This document shows positions 10,925 through 21,070 of a DNA stretch of 64,000 bases, in pieces. Numbering within the stretch: position 1 is the first letter of the stretch; each line of letters opens with the position of its first letter. This DNA is from Candidatus Babeliales bacterium (GTDB taxonomy: Bacteria > Babelota > Babeliae > Babelales > Vermiphilaceae), in contig CAVUQO010000002.1 in the NCBI GenBank assembly GCA_963743635.1, positions 530,568-594,567 of the forward strand, in the 5' to 3' direction. Position numbers and translations under genes: made by a program. Below the pieces are notes generated by a model, which did no database searches, was not told the origin of the DNA, and saw nothing but the letters and a program-made list of their open reading frames with translations.

Positions 10925-11488
10925 TTATTCGGTTGGAGTAATTTTTTTAACTTCTTCTTGTCTTACCAAGACCCACTTCAAACCTTGTTCACCGATTTGT
11001 TGTCTTGCAGGAATATGGTCCATTTGTGTATCTGGAATGAGTTGGCGCTGCATGTCGTTGTATCTGATTTCTTCGCCTGCTGCAATTAGACAACCTAAAA
11101 TGGATAAACCAGCGGGTAAAGACGTGTCTACTTTATGGACTAAACCGTAGACGTGAGTAGCGACGCCTAAAGTTCCAAGGACAACCTTGGCGAAGGACGC
11201 ATTTCCTTTTCTCGCGTCAAGTAATGCGACTGCTTGAGGACCGAATGCTTTGTAAGTGCGGCGTAGCGTTACGTTATTATTGTTGTTGTTATCATTGTTA
11301 TTATTTGTTGATTCTACATGGTCATAACTAATTTTGTAGCGGGCTTGTCCCAAAAGTGAACGTGTGTCTACAGGGTAGTCTTTGCTGAGAGTTATGATTT
11401 CTGCAAGTCCTTTGCTTCCACTGGGGCTTGCATGAAGGTTGCCCATAGTTGAGATCAGTAATGCTGCTGCAATAATGCGGTTATTCAT
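10925..11488 (-). CDS. Secreted/membrane hypothetical protein; RING-less paralog of 11695-12672
   Basis: Signal peptide, poly-Asn tract, two hydrophobic segments; by-eye alignment to 11695-12672 (DTRSLLG/DTSTLG, MDH...KWVLV/EDH...AWFLV). Confidence 0.75.
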   Translation of the reverse strand: MNNRIIAAALLISTMGNLHASPSGSKGLAEIITLSKDYPVDTRSLLGQARYKISYDHVESTNNNNDNNNNNNVTLRRTYKAFGPQAVALLDARKGNASFAKVVLGTLGVATHVYGLVHKVDTSLPAGLSILGCLIAAGEEIRYNDMQRQLIPDTQMDHIPARQQIGEQGLKWVLVRQEEVKKITPTE

Positions 11489-11623
11489 AATCGCCTTTCA
11501 TTGTGGTTTTTAAGGAGATTTTTATCGCATATAAGGTTACTGCAAATCATGTGTATTGCAATAGAAATGTGATTGCTATTGCCGTAATTCTGTATAACGT
11601 GATATCGCGCTTGATATTACAAT

Positions 11624-11668
11624 AAAAAAGGCGCTCTCTTTAACCGAGGTAAAAGAGAGCGCCTTTTT
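11624..11668. terminator. Intrinsic terminator
   Basis: aaaaaaggcgctctcttt-aaccgaggta-aaagagagcgccttttt inverted repeat. Confidence 0.8.
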
Positions 11669-11694
11669 ATGAGAGATTGTGTTACGAAATTAGG

Positions 11695-12672
11695 TTATTG
11701 GTTTTGTCTACAATATGGACATGTTTTAGTGATATTGGGATCATAGAGATTATTGAGATCGATACACTCTTTATGGAATTTATGTCTGCATCTTAATGAT
11801 TTAATGGGGCGAGCACTATCCATCGTGGAATAGCATATGCTGCACTTGTTATCGGCGTTCTGAATTTCTTCAGGCATATCTGCTGCTGGCATAGATTCTT
11901 TTATTTCGCTTACCAAAAACCATGCAACATTTCGATTGTTCTGCTCAGCAGTGAATGCATGTAACGCTGAATGATCTTCTGTGTTATCAACATGGCCTTC
12001 TAGTAATCGTTCAGTATTGCGTGACTTCTTATGATTAAGATATGCCAAACCTGCACCAATAAGAATAGCGGCACCGGGTTTTAAGATAGAATCCTTGGTT
12101 CCATTCCACAGTATCGGCTTCACAATATCAAAAGATCCTGGATATTTTGTATTTAAGGCATAACATTCGCCGACGACTGTCAGAACACCTATTGTGTTTG
12201 CAAGAAGAGCAATAGATTTGTAGAATAGACCGGTGGTAAGGATGCTCTCGAGTGCATCATGAATATCACGCTCATTGCGTAATGTTGCGATCGTGTTTTT
12301 CGCCGATTTCTTATCATGAGCTTCATAGGTAATAGTGCCTTTGACCTCATAGACACGATCATAGTAGGTATGATCAAATCTATTAATTGGTGTGCCAAGT
12401 GTACTAGTATCTATTGCAATTGAATCATTGAGCTTAAGCTTGGCTTTCCAGTCATTTTTCAATTGTGTGGCCCCTTGAGGTTCCAGAGATTTAAGAATTC
12501 CGGCCACTTCAGGCATAGTTGGTGCTTGCACCAAAAGAAATGGTCTTTCTAATAAGCTTGCCTTCAGCAGTTTCAGCGATTTTGGTAATGGATCCATTGC
12601 CTGCATAGTCCCCTGGGAAATTAATCCCATGGTGAATGCGAGTAGTATTGATTTTAAAGTCGTCTTTTTCAT
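11695..12672 (-). CDS. Secreted protein with a C-terminal RING-H2 zinc finger (putative E3 ubiquitin ligase effector)
   Basis: Signal peptide ending QGTMQAM; CSIC...CRHKFHKEC...CPYCR. Confidence 0.85.
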   Translation of the reverse strand: MKKTTLKSILLAFTMGLISQGTMQAMDPLPKSLKLLKASLLERPFLLVQAPTMPEVAGILKSLEPQGATQLKNDWKAKLKLNDSIAIDTSTLGTPINRFDHTYYDRVYEVKGTITYEAHDKKSAKNTIATLRNERDIHDALESILTTGLFYKSIALLANTIGVLTVVGECYALNTKYPGSFDIVKPILWNGTKDSILKPGAAILIGAGLAYLNHKKSRNTERLLEGHVDNTEDHSALHAFTAEQNNRNVAWFLVSEIKESMPAADMPEEIQNADNKCSICYSTMDSARPIKSLRCRHKFHKECIDLNNLYDPNITKTCPYCRQNQ

Positions 12673-12710
12673 TATGGAGCCTTCATATTCGTTATTTTAA
12701 TTGAGATCAA

Positions 12711-13907
12711 TTATTGTTGTACTCTTCTACAGGTTGGGCACGTGAGCGCGTGATGATTTGTTCTTTGTGTTGCAAACCACCGATTGATGCAATCTGCATG
12801 AAATGTGTGTGCGCAAGTCAGTACTCTTAGATTATTATCATGAGATGGTATAGCATCCTGACAAATAGCACATTCACTTTCTTCCGCTTCATTTGCATCT
12901 ACGTGACGTTCAGCTACTGGGTGCGCTGCAACTGCGGCTCCTGGTAGTGCATATGCTGGTTCTGGTGCTTGTGCAGGGCGGTAGCTTTCAGCGATATGGA
13001 GCGCATTGTATGCGAGATGTACTCCACTAATACACATGAAGCCTATACAGACTCCTGCCACTCGAGGGAACTGGGTGACTATTCTACTTAAGGCAGAAGT
13101 TACCGATCGAGCAACCAATGATGGCAAAGTATTTGGTTCGATTTGTTGTGTCGGTGGTGTAATACCCAGAATGCGATCTCTCATGCGATCGCCGAGCGCC
13201 TGTAGGTTCTGTAATGATTCAAGAAGTGTGTCTTCAAATATACTGCGACGAGCTCCGAGATTTTGTAATGCTTCAATAAGTTTATCGAGTAATTTTTCTT
13301 GTCTGATTGCGGGAGCTTGCACCGAAGTCAATATATGATATGCCGCGATTGGAGTAGTTACGACTCCTGAGCATAACGCTGCGCAAAATATGTCGTATTG
13401 TTCAGGATTGAGTCGGCGTAACCTTGCCAACAGTGTATCAATGTTGTTTGAAATATCTGCGTTGATGCGATTCATAGCAACAGTTAATCTTGTTGCAGTC
13501 GGCATAATGCACGAATAAGAAGCAGGTTCTATTACTACAGGTTCTGCTGCTTGTTGGCGTGGCGCAATATCAAAAAGTTGTCTGCCGGTAAGTCTATTTA
13601 AAGCGTCTAGACCGGGTGTGATAACTGAGTAATGTCTGTCGTTTTCATTTGGTTGTTCCTGTACGGCAGGAGCTTGTTCTTGTCTTCGTGGCATGACATC
13701 AAAGAGCTGTCTGCCGGCGAGTCTATTTAGCATCTCTAGGCCGGGTGTGATAACTGAGTTATGTGTGCGTTCAGCTACTGCTGGTGCGGGTATTTCTGAT
13801 ATCTGAGAACTTGGCGATAATCGACCATTCATTGCCTGCATAGTTCCCTGGGAAATTAATCCCGCGGTGAATGCGAGTAGTAATTTTTTTATAGCTGTTT
13901 TCTTCAT
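12711..13907 (-). CDS. Secreted protein with an internal repeat and C-terminal RING-H2 zinc finger
   Basis: Same leader as 11695-12672; CAIC...CAHTFHADCINRW...CPTCR; repeat HNSVITPGLEMLNRLAGRQLFD / HYSVITPGLDALNRLTGRQLFD. Confidence 0.88.
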   Translation of the reverse strand: MKKTAIKKLLLAFTAGLISQGTMQAMNGRLSPSSQISEIPAPAVAERTHNSVITPGLEMLNRLAGRQLFDVMPRRQEQAPAVQEQPNENDRHYSVITPGLDALNRLTGRQLFDIAPRQQAAEPVVIEPASYSCIMPTATRLTVAMNRINADISNNIDTLLARLRRLNPEQYDIFCAALCSGVVTTPIAAYHILTSVQAPAIRQEKLLDKLIEALQNLGARRSIFEDTLLESLQNLQALGDRMRDRILGITPPTQQIEPNTLPSLVARSVTSALSRIVTQFPRVAGVCIGFMCISGVHLAYNALHIAESYRPAQAPEPAYALPGAAVAAHPVAERHVDANEAEESECAICQDAIPSHDNNLRVLTCAHTFHADCINRWFATQRTNHHALTCPTCRRVQQ

Positions 13908-14041
13908 GAAAACTCCTTTATTGGTATTGTTATTATGTTTTTATCTTCTATATAATATTATCAGATAGAAATGTGTTTGTAAAAAAGGGGGGCTGTTGTG
14001 GCTCTGGGAGGCTTGATTCATGTGAGGATAGGGTGGAAAGG

Positions 14042-14122
14042 GCCCTACTACGCTATCCTTCGCCTCCTTCGTCAGGCTCAGAACCCGTTCAGGGTGAGCA
14101 TAGACGAACCACGAAGGGCAGG
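14042..14122. repeat. Nested composite of two palindromic REP-like element families
   Basis: ccctactacgct...acgaagggcagg (compare 15060-15088) interrupted by ccttcgtcaggctcaga and cccgttcagggtgagc motifs (compare 35172-35258). Confidence 0.55.
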
Positions 14123-14205
14123 GTTGTTGAACCCGGGGTGAACCTGTGTTGAGGCCTGTATTTGTCTATCTGGGCCCTGGACTGACGCGTAGCAGTAATC
14201 AAAGT

Positions 14206-14245
14206 AAAAAAGGCCCTCTTTAACCGGAGTAAAAGAGAGCCTTTT
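14206..14245. terminator. Intrinsic terminator, paralogous to 11624
   Basis: aaaaaaggccctctttaaccggagtaaaagagagcctttt. Confidence 0.75.
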
Positions 14246-14260
14246 AAGAAATTGAATTAC

Positions 14261-14890
14261 TTACTTTGTAGGGATTTCAAGATTGAATGTATTGGAGTTA
14301 GTTTTCATGAAATCAAACCAGCTGTTTGATCGCAGTTCGATTGAAGTCTCCAAAAAATCAGGGACAACAAAGGATTGTGTTTTCCCGTCGGCATCTTTAG
14401 GGTATTCAACGTCAGCAAAAATCACTGTTTTAAATGTTGATCCTGGTTCAATCGTAATAGGTTGATCGCCCGAGCTAAATCGTTCAATGAGTGGCTTTAA
14501 GGCCTGCAGCTGTCCTGCTAGGTTGGATGTTGCAAAAGCGAGAGGTATAAGAGCGATCGTTATTACAAAAAAGAACGTACCAATATTGAGAGCGCTTATT
14601 TGTGAGTCTATGCTTTTTGGTGTGAGTACTTTGGCATTCAATACTTCAGTGAAGTTATTCGAAAATACTGTAGCCTTACTGCTATTATTCGTTATAGAAA
14701 GAATGATGGGATAGACATGTTTCGTATGCAAATCTTGATAAAAAGTATCTAAGCATTCTCCTGCAGACATTGCCCGTGCAGTGATAACTATTCCATCCTG
14801 TGATTGCGAAACGAGCTCTGGTCTAGCGGCATATGCCAGTGGGCTGAGTAATGCCAACGCGAGAATTATTTTAGATAGGTTGAGATTCAT
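14261..14890 (-). CDS. Secreted/membrane hypothetical protein
   Basis: MNLNLSKIILALALLSPLAYA signal peptide; internal hydrophobic segment. Confidence 0.7.
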   Translation of the reverse strand: MNLNLSKIILALALLSPLAYAARPELVSQSQDGIVITARAMSAGECLDTFYQDLHTKHVYPIILSITNNSSKATVFSNNFTEVLNAKVLTPKSIDSQISALNIGTFFFVITIALIPLAFATSNLAGQLQALKPLIERFSSGDQPITIEPGSTFKTVIFADVEYPKDADGKTQSFVVPDFLETSIELRSNSWFDFMKTNSNTFNLEIPTK

Positions 14891-15159
14891 TGTTATGACT
14901 CCATTCTGATATAAAAGGTGCACTAAAATGATGGTAGTTTAGCCTAATTATGAAACAATAAAAAGGGACTTTTTAGACCGACCTTTTGGCCGTTCAGATT
15001 GGGAAATGATGGATGAGTACAGGTGATTTTTTTGCCTATTGGTTAGGCAGGATAGGTACCCTACTTCGCTAAAGCTTCGAAGGGCAGGCTGGCTCGCCAT
15101 TCATTTTTATCGGCTGCGACGGAAGCGTTCAGCTAAAGAGGATTGAAAAATGAATGTTT

Positions 15160-15408
15160 TTACTGTCGGAAGAATCGCTTCATTATAAAAGCTCTTCCTG
15201 ACTGAGTCTTTAAATATTTCTCAAATTCTATGGCTGTAGATTTTTCCATAAACCCTGTGTGAGCAATCATATTCCAGGGTCTATATTTAGCTGTATGAGG
15301 TGATCCACCAGTATTGTGAATTCGTAAACGATTAGAAATGTTTGCTGTGTAGCCAATGTAAATTTGGTCAGGATCAGCAATCGAATGGAGTAAGTATACG
15401 TAATACAT
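15160..15408 (-). CDS. Stand-alone GIY-YIG nuclease (UPF0213-like)
   Basis: MYYVYLLHS...IYIGYT...RLRIHN...TAKYRPW...EFEKYLK. Confidence 0.9.
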   Translation of the reverse strand: MYYVYLLHSIADPDQIYIGYTANISNRLRIHNTGGSPHTAKYRPWNMIAHTGFMEKSTAIEFEKYLKTQSGRAFIMKRFFRQ

Positions 15409-15566
15409 GCTGAGTAAGGTTTAAATTAAGAGAATGTTTTTTTATAAGGAGGTCCGTCTACGCCTTTGGCTACGATCGGACAGTCTACGTTCTGTCTCTT
15501 TTTCTATCAAGTAACATTCATTAAAAAGACTGGCGTGCCAGACGTAGTTCCGTAAGGAACGTAGAC

Positions 15567-15642
15567 TGGTCGGGGTGGCCAGACTCGAACTGACAACCCC
15601 TCGCTCCCAAAGCGAGTGCGCTACCAATTGCGCTACACCCCG
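15567..15642 (-). tRNA. tRNA-Pro(TGG)
   Basis: CGGGGTGTAGCGCAATTGGTAGCGCACTCGCTTTGGGAGCGAGGGGTTGTCAGTTCGAGTCTGGCCACCCCGACCA; cloverleaf, encoded CCA. Confidence 0.95.
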
Positions 15643-15789
15643 ATGACCAAATTTTCAATCATAGATTTGTTATTCAGACGCTTTATGTATAAAGCAGAAT
15701 AAGATTTACCCTAATTTAGCTGTTTTTCAGGCGCATTGCAACTGAAATTCATAAATTAATTACGCCATAGCACTATGCGCGAAGGCGAA

Positions 15790-15866
15790 TGGGGTGAATG
15801 GTGGGAATCGAACCCACGACCACCAGAGCCACAATCTGGTGCTCTACCAACTGAGCTACATTCACC
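15790..15866 (-). tRNA. tRNA-His(GTG)
   Basis: GGTGAATGTAGCTCAGTTGGTAGAGCACCAGATTGTGGCTCTGGTGGTCGTGGGTTCGATTCCCACCATTCACCCCA; G-1 and CCA present. Confidence 0.95.
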
Positions 15867-16052
15867 ATGTCAATTTTAGGGTACGGGTTAAGTATACGGT
15901 GTTTATTGCAAAAATCAACGAATCCGACACGGTTTGTGCATTTTATCTTACTCGCGATATATGGTATCATAGAGTATATAAAGTATCAGTTCAGGTTGCA
16001 ATGATCGAATCGGGTACAATTTTATACGTAAATCATCAAATAAAAGGGGGTC

Positions 16053-18631
16053 ATGATGGCTCAAAAACATAGCTGGATTAAGGTCTTCGGTGCCAAAGAG
16101 CACAATCTAAAAAATATTAATGTCGATATTCCCAAGGATGCGCTGACGGTTATTACCGGGCCATCTGGATCAGGGAAAAGTTCCTTAGCGCTCGATATTC
16201 TCTTTACTGAGGGTAAACGGCGTTATATGGAGTCATTGTCTTCTTATGCCCGTCAGTTTCTTGGTGTCGCTAAAAAGCCTGATGTAGATCGTATTGATGG
16301 GCTGTGTCCAGCAATTGCAATTGAGCAGAGTACGGTTGGTTCAAACCCACGCTCAACGGTCGGCACCATTACCGAAATTTATGATTATTTACGCGTGCTT
16401 TATGCGCGTATCGGTCAAGTCCATTGCCCTAATTGTCGCATGCCTATTCGCGCAGAATCTCCTGAAAATATTACTGCTATGTTACTTGAAAATTTCAATG
16501 ATCGCCGTATTGCCATTGCGGCGCCTGCAGCGCACGAAAAAAAGGGTGAGTTTACCAATGAAATCCTTGATCTTTTTATAAAGGGTTTTTATCGTCTACG
16601 CATCGATGGCGTCATGCATCGATTTCGACTCAGAAGCTGAAGTAAAGGCGCTTAAGTATCAAAAAAACATACAAACACACCATTGACGTGATGATCGATC
16701 AGATTGACGTACATCATGATGATCGCGCGCGTTTGCAAGAAGCGATCGAAACCGCATTTAAATTGAGCGGCGGCATGGTAAAGATTATTGTCGGTGAGCA
16801 GGAGCATATGTATTCATCGCATCGCATGTGTATTCGCTGCGCCGAATCGATGCCAGAACTCGAGCCGCGATTTTTCTCATTTAACTCACCGATTGGTGCG
16901 TGTGAGCAGTGTCATGGTATTGGCATTATTCACGAATGGCCATGGGAAGAGGGTGATGCTGAATCATGGAAGGAGCGATATCCGGATTATTTTGGCCATC
17001 AGTGCGCAAGAAAAACACTTGTTCGCAGTGTCATGGCAAGCGTTTGAATAAATATGCATTGGCGGTCACTATAGGCAGCAAAAATATTTATGACGTTTGT
17101 GAACTTTCGGTAAAAGATTTATGTGCCTTTTTTGAAACGCTCAAACTCAATCGATACTGACCAAGAAATTGGCGGAGGTTATGGTACAAGAAATTTCAAA
17201 CCGATTACACTTTTTATATGATGTTGGTCTTTCCTATCTTTCGATGAATCGTTCAGCTCGCACACTTTCAGGCGGTGAAGGGCAGCGCATTCGCCTTGCA
17301 ACGCAAATTGGTTCCGCATTGAGTGGCGTTTTATATATTCTTGATGAGCCAAGTATCGGTTTACATCAGCGTGATAATGATCGCTTGATTGAAACCTTAA
17401 AAAAGTTACGCGATCAGGGCAATACGGTGGTTGTCGTTGAGCATGATATGGATACGATTGAACAATCAGATTATCTCATTGATATGGGGCCTGCAGCCGG
17501 CGTATTGGGCGGGCAAGTTACCGCGTTTGGTACACCAAAACAGGTTGCGCGCAAATACCGATTCTTTAACGGGTGCCTATTTAGCTGGCCGACGTGCTAT
17601 TGCCGTGCCTAAAGTGTTACGAAAGCCAGAAAGCTGGTTAACGCTTGCACATGCTCGAAAAATAATTTAAAAGATTTGACCGTACAAATTTCCGCTTGGC
17701 GTTATTTGTGGCGATTTCGGGCGTTTCGGGTTCCGGTAAAAGTACGCTCATTATGCAAGAATTAGTTCCTGCAGTAGAACGAGAATTGCTCGGCAACAGA
17801 CAGTTCCCGTGCCAGATGCCGATTCAGGCGATTTGCAGGGCGCAGCACATGCTTGAAAGTATGGTGGTGATTGATCAAAGCCCGATCGGCCGTACGCCGC
17901 GCTCAAATCCAGCCACCTATTTGGGTGTGTTTGATGAGATTCGTAAGTTGTTTGCGAGCTTGCCAGAAAGTAATGCGCGCGGGTATAAAGTTGGGCGCTT
18001 TAGTTTTAACGTGCCTGAAGGGCGTTGTTTTGAATGCCATGGTGATGGTGTTATTAAAGTGACGATGCATTTCTTGCCTGAGGTAACGATGATATGTAAA
18101 TCATGTAACGGCAGACGCTATAATAGCGAAACACTTGCACATTATCTATAAAGGCAAATCGATTGCAGATGTTCTTGAAATGACTGCTTATGAAGCGCTT
18201 GAATTCTTCAATGCACATAGCACGATTGCAAAACGATTACAGTTGCTGTGCGATGTTGGCCTTGATTATCTTAAATTAGGCCAAGCATCAACGACGCTTT
18301 CAGGCGGTGAAGCACAACGTATTAAGCTCGTTGATGAACTTGCAAAGCGCGGCAATAAAACGCTTTACATTCTTGATGAGCCAACAACTGGTTTGCATAC
18401 AAGTGATATTGAAAAATTACTTGATGGTGCTTAATCGGCTTAGTCGATAAAGGTAATTCAATGATTGTGATCGAACATAATCTTGATGTGCTCAAAACCG
18501 TTGATTATCTGATTGATCTTGGCCCTGAAGGGGGCGATGCGGGCGGTACGATTGTAGCTACCGGTACGCCGCGTGAAGTAGCCAAAGCTCCGGCAAGTTA
18601 CACCGGCAGATATCTGAAGAAATTATTGTAA
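16053..18631 (+). CDS. uvrA: Excinuclease ABC subunit A, broken by many single-base frameshifts; insertion domain largely absent
   Basis: [84 protein letters not shown]...[11 protein letters not shown]; ends YLKKLL-TAA at 18631. Confidence 0.95.
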
Positions 18632-18805
18632 CGCGTACAGCATTAAAAAGGTTAAGGGCCTCGAAGATACTTTCTTCGAGGCCCTTTTTTATGTTTGCTG
18701 ATTACTATTCAGACGGCTTCTTGTTAGATGTGAGAAGAATGCAAAGAACTACGTTGCTCTCATCTAATTCTCGCTTTCAATAACTACTTTCAATAAGTTG
18801 AGACC

Positions 18806-19273
18806 TTAGGGATATGAAGGGGCCCATAGAATATTTTGATTTTGTATGATATTACGAATGATGCGTGTGGCTAAGTGCCGATATGTGGGCTGCATCGCAT
18901 AATAGGCATCTAATACAGCCGCAATCAAATTAAATGGGATTGGATTTTGTGGGTTATTTTGGACAAAGTTCACAAGTTCGTAAAATAAGTTCATATTATT
19001 ATCTCTCAGAGCCTCAAGTTGTCGAATAATAGTTAGGTATGTCTGTGGAAAACATAGGAATTGACCATTGTTTTCATAGATTCGGTAGTCGCCATCTTCT
19101 TCTTGAAGTGTAATGCCATTGAGATGTCGAGTCTGCAATTCTGTAACAATGGCATCATCGTTCATGGCGTCCACTTGTAGCTTTATGTGTGCTTGAGGAC
19201 CAAGATTCATTGCCAATACTGACTGTCCATGGCAAACCAGGGCTACCATAGTTAATAGTTTTAAAATCTTCAT
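18806..19273 (-). CDS. Secreted protein, MKNLK-leader family member 1
   Basis: MKILKLLTMVALVCHGQSVLAM leader; mature part aligns by eye with the 19513, 23638 and 24444 proteins. Confidence 0.8.
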   Translation of the reverse strand: MKILKLLTMVALVCHGQSVLAMNLGPQAHIKLQVDAMNDDAIVTELQTRHLNGITLQEEDGDYRIYENNGQFLCFPQTYLTIIRQLEALRDNNMNLFYELVNFVQNNPQNPIPFNLIAAVLDAYYAMQPTYRHLATRIIRNIIQNQNILWAPSYP

Positions 19274-19512
19274 ATTCTTTTTTCCTTTTTTATTAATGGT
19301 TAATGTTTGTTATCAACTATAAGAATACTAAAAGTTAAAGTTAAAAATCAACAATTTTCAACACTTTTATCATTTACAGGTTGAGATTTTGGTGCGCTGC
19401 GCGTGAAATAGCCAAAATTCCGGCACGTTACATAGGCAGATATTTGAAGAAATTATTGTAATCGAACATAAAAAGAGTTCCCGGCGGCCACTCATTTTAT
19501 GTTCTTCGTAAA

Positions 19513-20000
19513 TTATCGACTGGGTTTTGGTACGTGCGTTAAATTACGATTTTTTATGATGTGCTTGATAACTGCGTCGCTTTCTTTTTTTTCATAGTCG
19601 TTATAATTAATGATGTCATAACCAACAACAGCTGTAAGTAAATTTAATGGTAAGAGGTTATTTTCGTTATCGGGATTTAGGACGAAATTTTGAATTTGAT
19701 TGAATGTTCCGCAATCAGTTAGGCGTAAATTGGCAAGTAAATCGCAGGTTGCAAGATACTGTCTTGCCCTGCCTAAATCGATATATTGATTTGGTTGATT
19801 CGGCTGTGTAGCATATACCCATATTCGACCATTTTCCACGTACCCAAATCCATTGAGTGTTTCTGAGCGCTCTTCGACCATGTCATCACTCATATTTTCT
19901 AATTCCGTATAATTTGTTGTCTTTGTTGCTCTGTCAGTGCCAGTGCTAATTGTCCGTAGCACAGCAGGGTGATGAGAGCCATTAATTTTAGGTTTTTCAT
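19513..20000 (-). CDS. Secreted protein, MKNLK-leader family member 2, with a frameshift near 19908
   Basis: ATG at 20000 gives MKNLKLMALITLLCYGQLALALTEQQRQQI; the protein continues in the ORF-track frame as TELENMSDD. Confidence 0.75.
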
Positions 20001-20332
20001 ATTCTTTTTCTCCCTTTTTGGTCACGCCATAACTTTAGCGACGGCGGATTGTGAATATTAATACTATAATCATTTACTAGCTTAATAAAAGTTAAAGTGA
20101 AAAATCAACAATATTATCGCCCAATGACTTATGATTTCAGGTTAAAAAGGCGAAATTTATGGTTTGTAGTCTCAAGGGGGAGACTGCCCAGGGTGGGCCA
20201 CAAAAGCCTTATTTTAGCTGTCGAAAAGCTGAAGGTGATATTTGAAGAAATTATTGTAACGCGTACAGCATTAAAAAAGATAAGGGCCTCGAAGATACAC
20301 TCTTCGAGGCCCTTTGTTATGTTTTCTGATTA

Positions 20333-20860
20333 CTATTCCTTTTTCCCAAGAAGTGAGGGATGAGTGGGTAGTTGAGGTCGTCTTAATGTTATGTCGACAC
20401 TCGATGCCGGAACATTTGGCGCGGTAGGCGTGCTTTTTGATGATGAACCACGGTATGCAGGAAGATTGGTCTTTTTCGCTTGCTCTTCTTCTTCTTCTTC
20501 CACTGGAAATGCAGGCCGTCTGAGTTCTGCTTGTGAGGCTTGTGGTTGTTGCTGAAGGAGGGAAGGATGGATAGGAAGCTCAGGCCGTCTCAATGTTGTG
20601 TCGACACTCGATGCTGCGCTGCTTGAAGATGCAGGGGCTTTTTGGGAGCTTTCGGTGAGACTTAAGCGTATTGCCTCTTGTATCATTGCATCCTCTTCTC
20701 GAGCTCGTGCCTCTGCCGCTGCTTTTTGGGCATCTATGATACGTTGAGCCTCGTGTTGTTTTTTAACTCTTTCAAGCGCTTGCTCGCTCATTGCGAACAT
20801 TGGTTGGGCACAGAAAGTTAATGTTAGTGCAATAATGTTTATTATTTTGCATGTCTTCAT
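20333..20860 (-). CDS. Secreted low-complexity protein with a UIM and Pro-rich repeats
   Basis: Leader ending QPMFAM; EEDAMIQEAIRLSLTE fits the UIM consensus; SSVDTTLRRPELPIHPSLL / SSVDITLRRPQLPTHPSLL repeat. Confidence 0.75.
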   Translation of the reverse strand: MKTCKIINIIALTLTFCAQPMFAMSEQALERVKKQHEAQRIIDAQKAAAEARAREEDAMIQEAIRLSLTESSQKAPASSSSAASSVDTTLRRPELPIHPSLLQQQPQASQAELRRPAFPVEEEEEEQAKKTNLPAYRGSSSKSTPTAPNVPASSVDITLRRPQLPTHPSLLGKKE

Positions 20861-21070
20861 AGTACGTGGATCCTTTGAAAAAAGGGTTATAAAAGTTCAT
20901 TATGTTCAAAAATAAAAAAGGGAGCGCGAAAAACGCAATATATTTCATTGGGTGTCGGAATGTGTGGCTCGATTTTTGGAGAATGTGCGATCGCTCTAGA
21001 GTAAAGTAGGCCTTGGGAATACATGCTCTAAGGCCTACTCGTATTGCTTAGCGATTCTTTTGGCAGTTGA

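Noticed and set aside
11270..11310. AAT/AAC tracts here and at about 2607-2633 as phase-variation switches
   Set aside because: Trinucleotide units keep the frame and only encode poly-Asn.
15442..16072. Short ORFs 15442-15627, 15773-15970 and 15794-16072
   Set aside because: They overlap tRNA-Pro, tRNA-His and palindromes; spurious.
1406..18631. Alternative genetic code or programmed frameshifting explaining the split genes
   Set aside because: The breaks are frame changes, not in-frame TGA/TAG; they lack a shared slippery motif, and long genes elsewhere read normally in code 11.
20097..20363. Plus-strand ORFs within the array (20097-20363, 23471-23803, 23530-23835)
   Set aside because: They run through promoter and terminator repeats or antisense to real genes; the [12 protein letters not shown] peptides simply reflect the repeated DNA.
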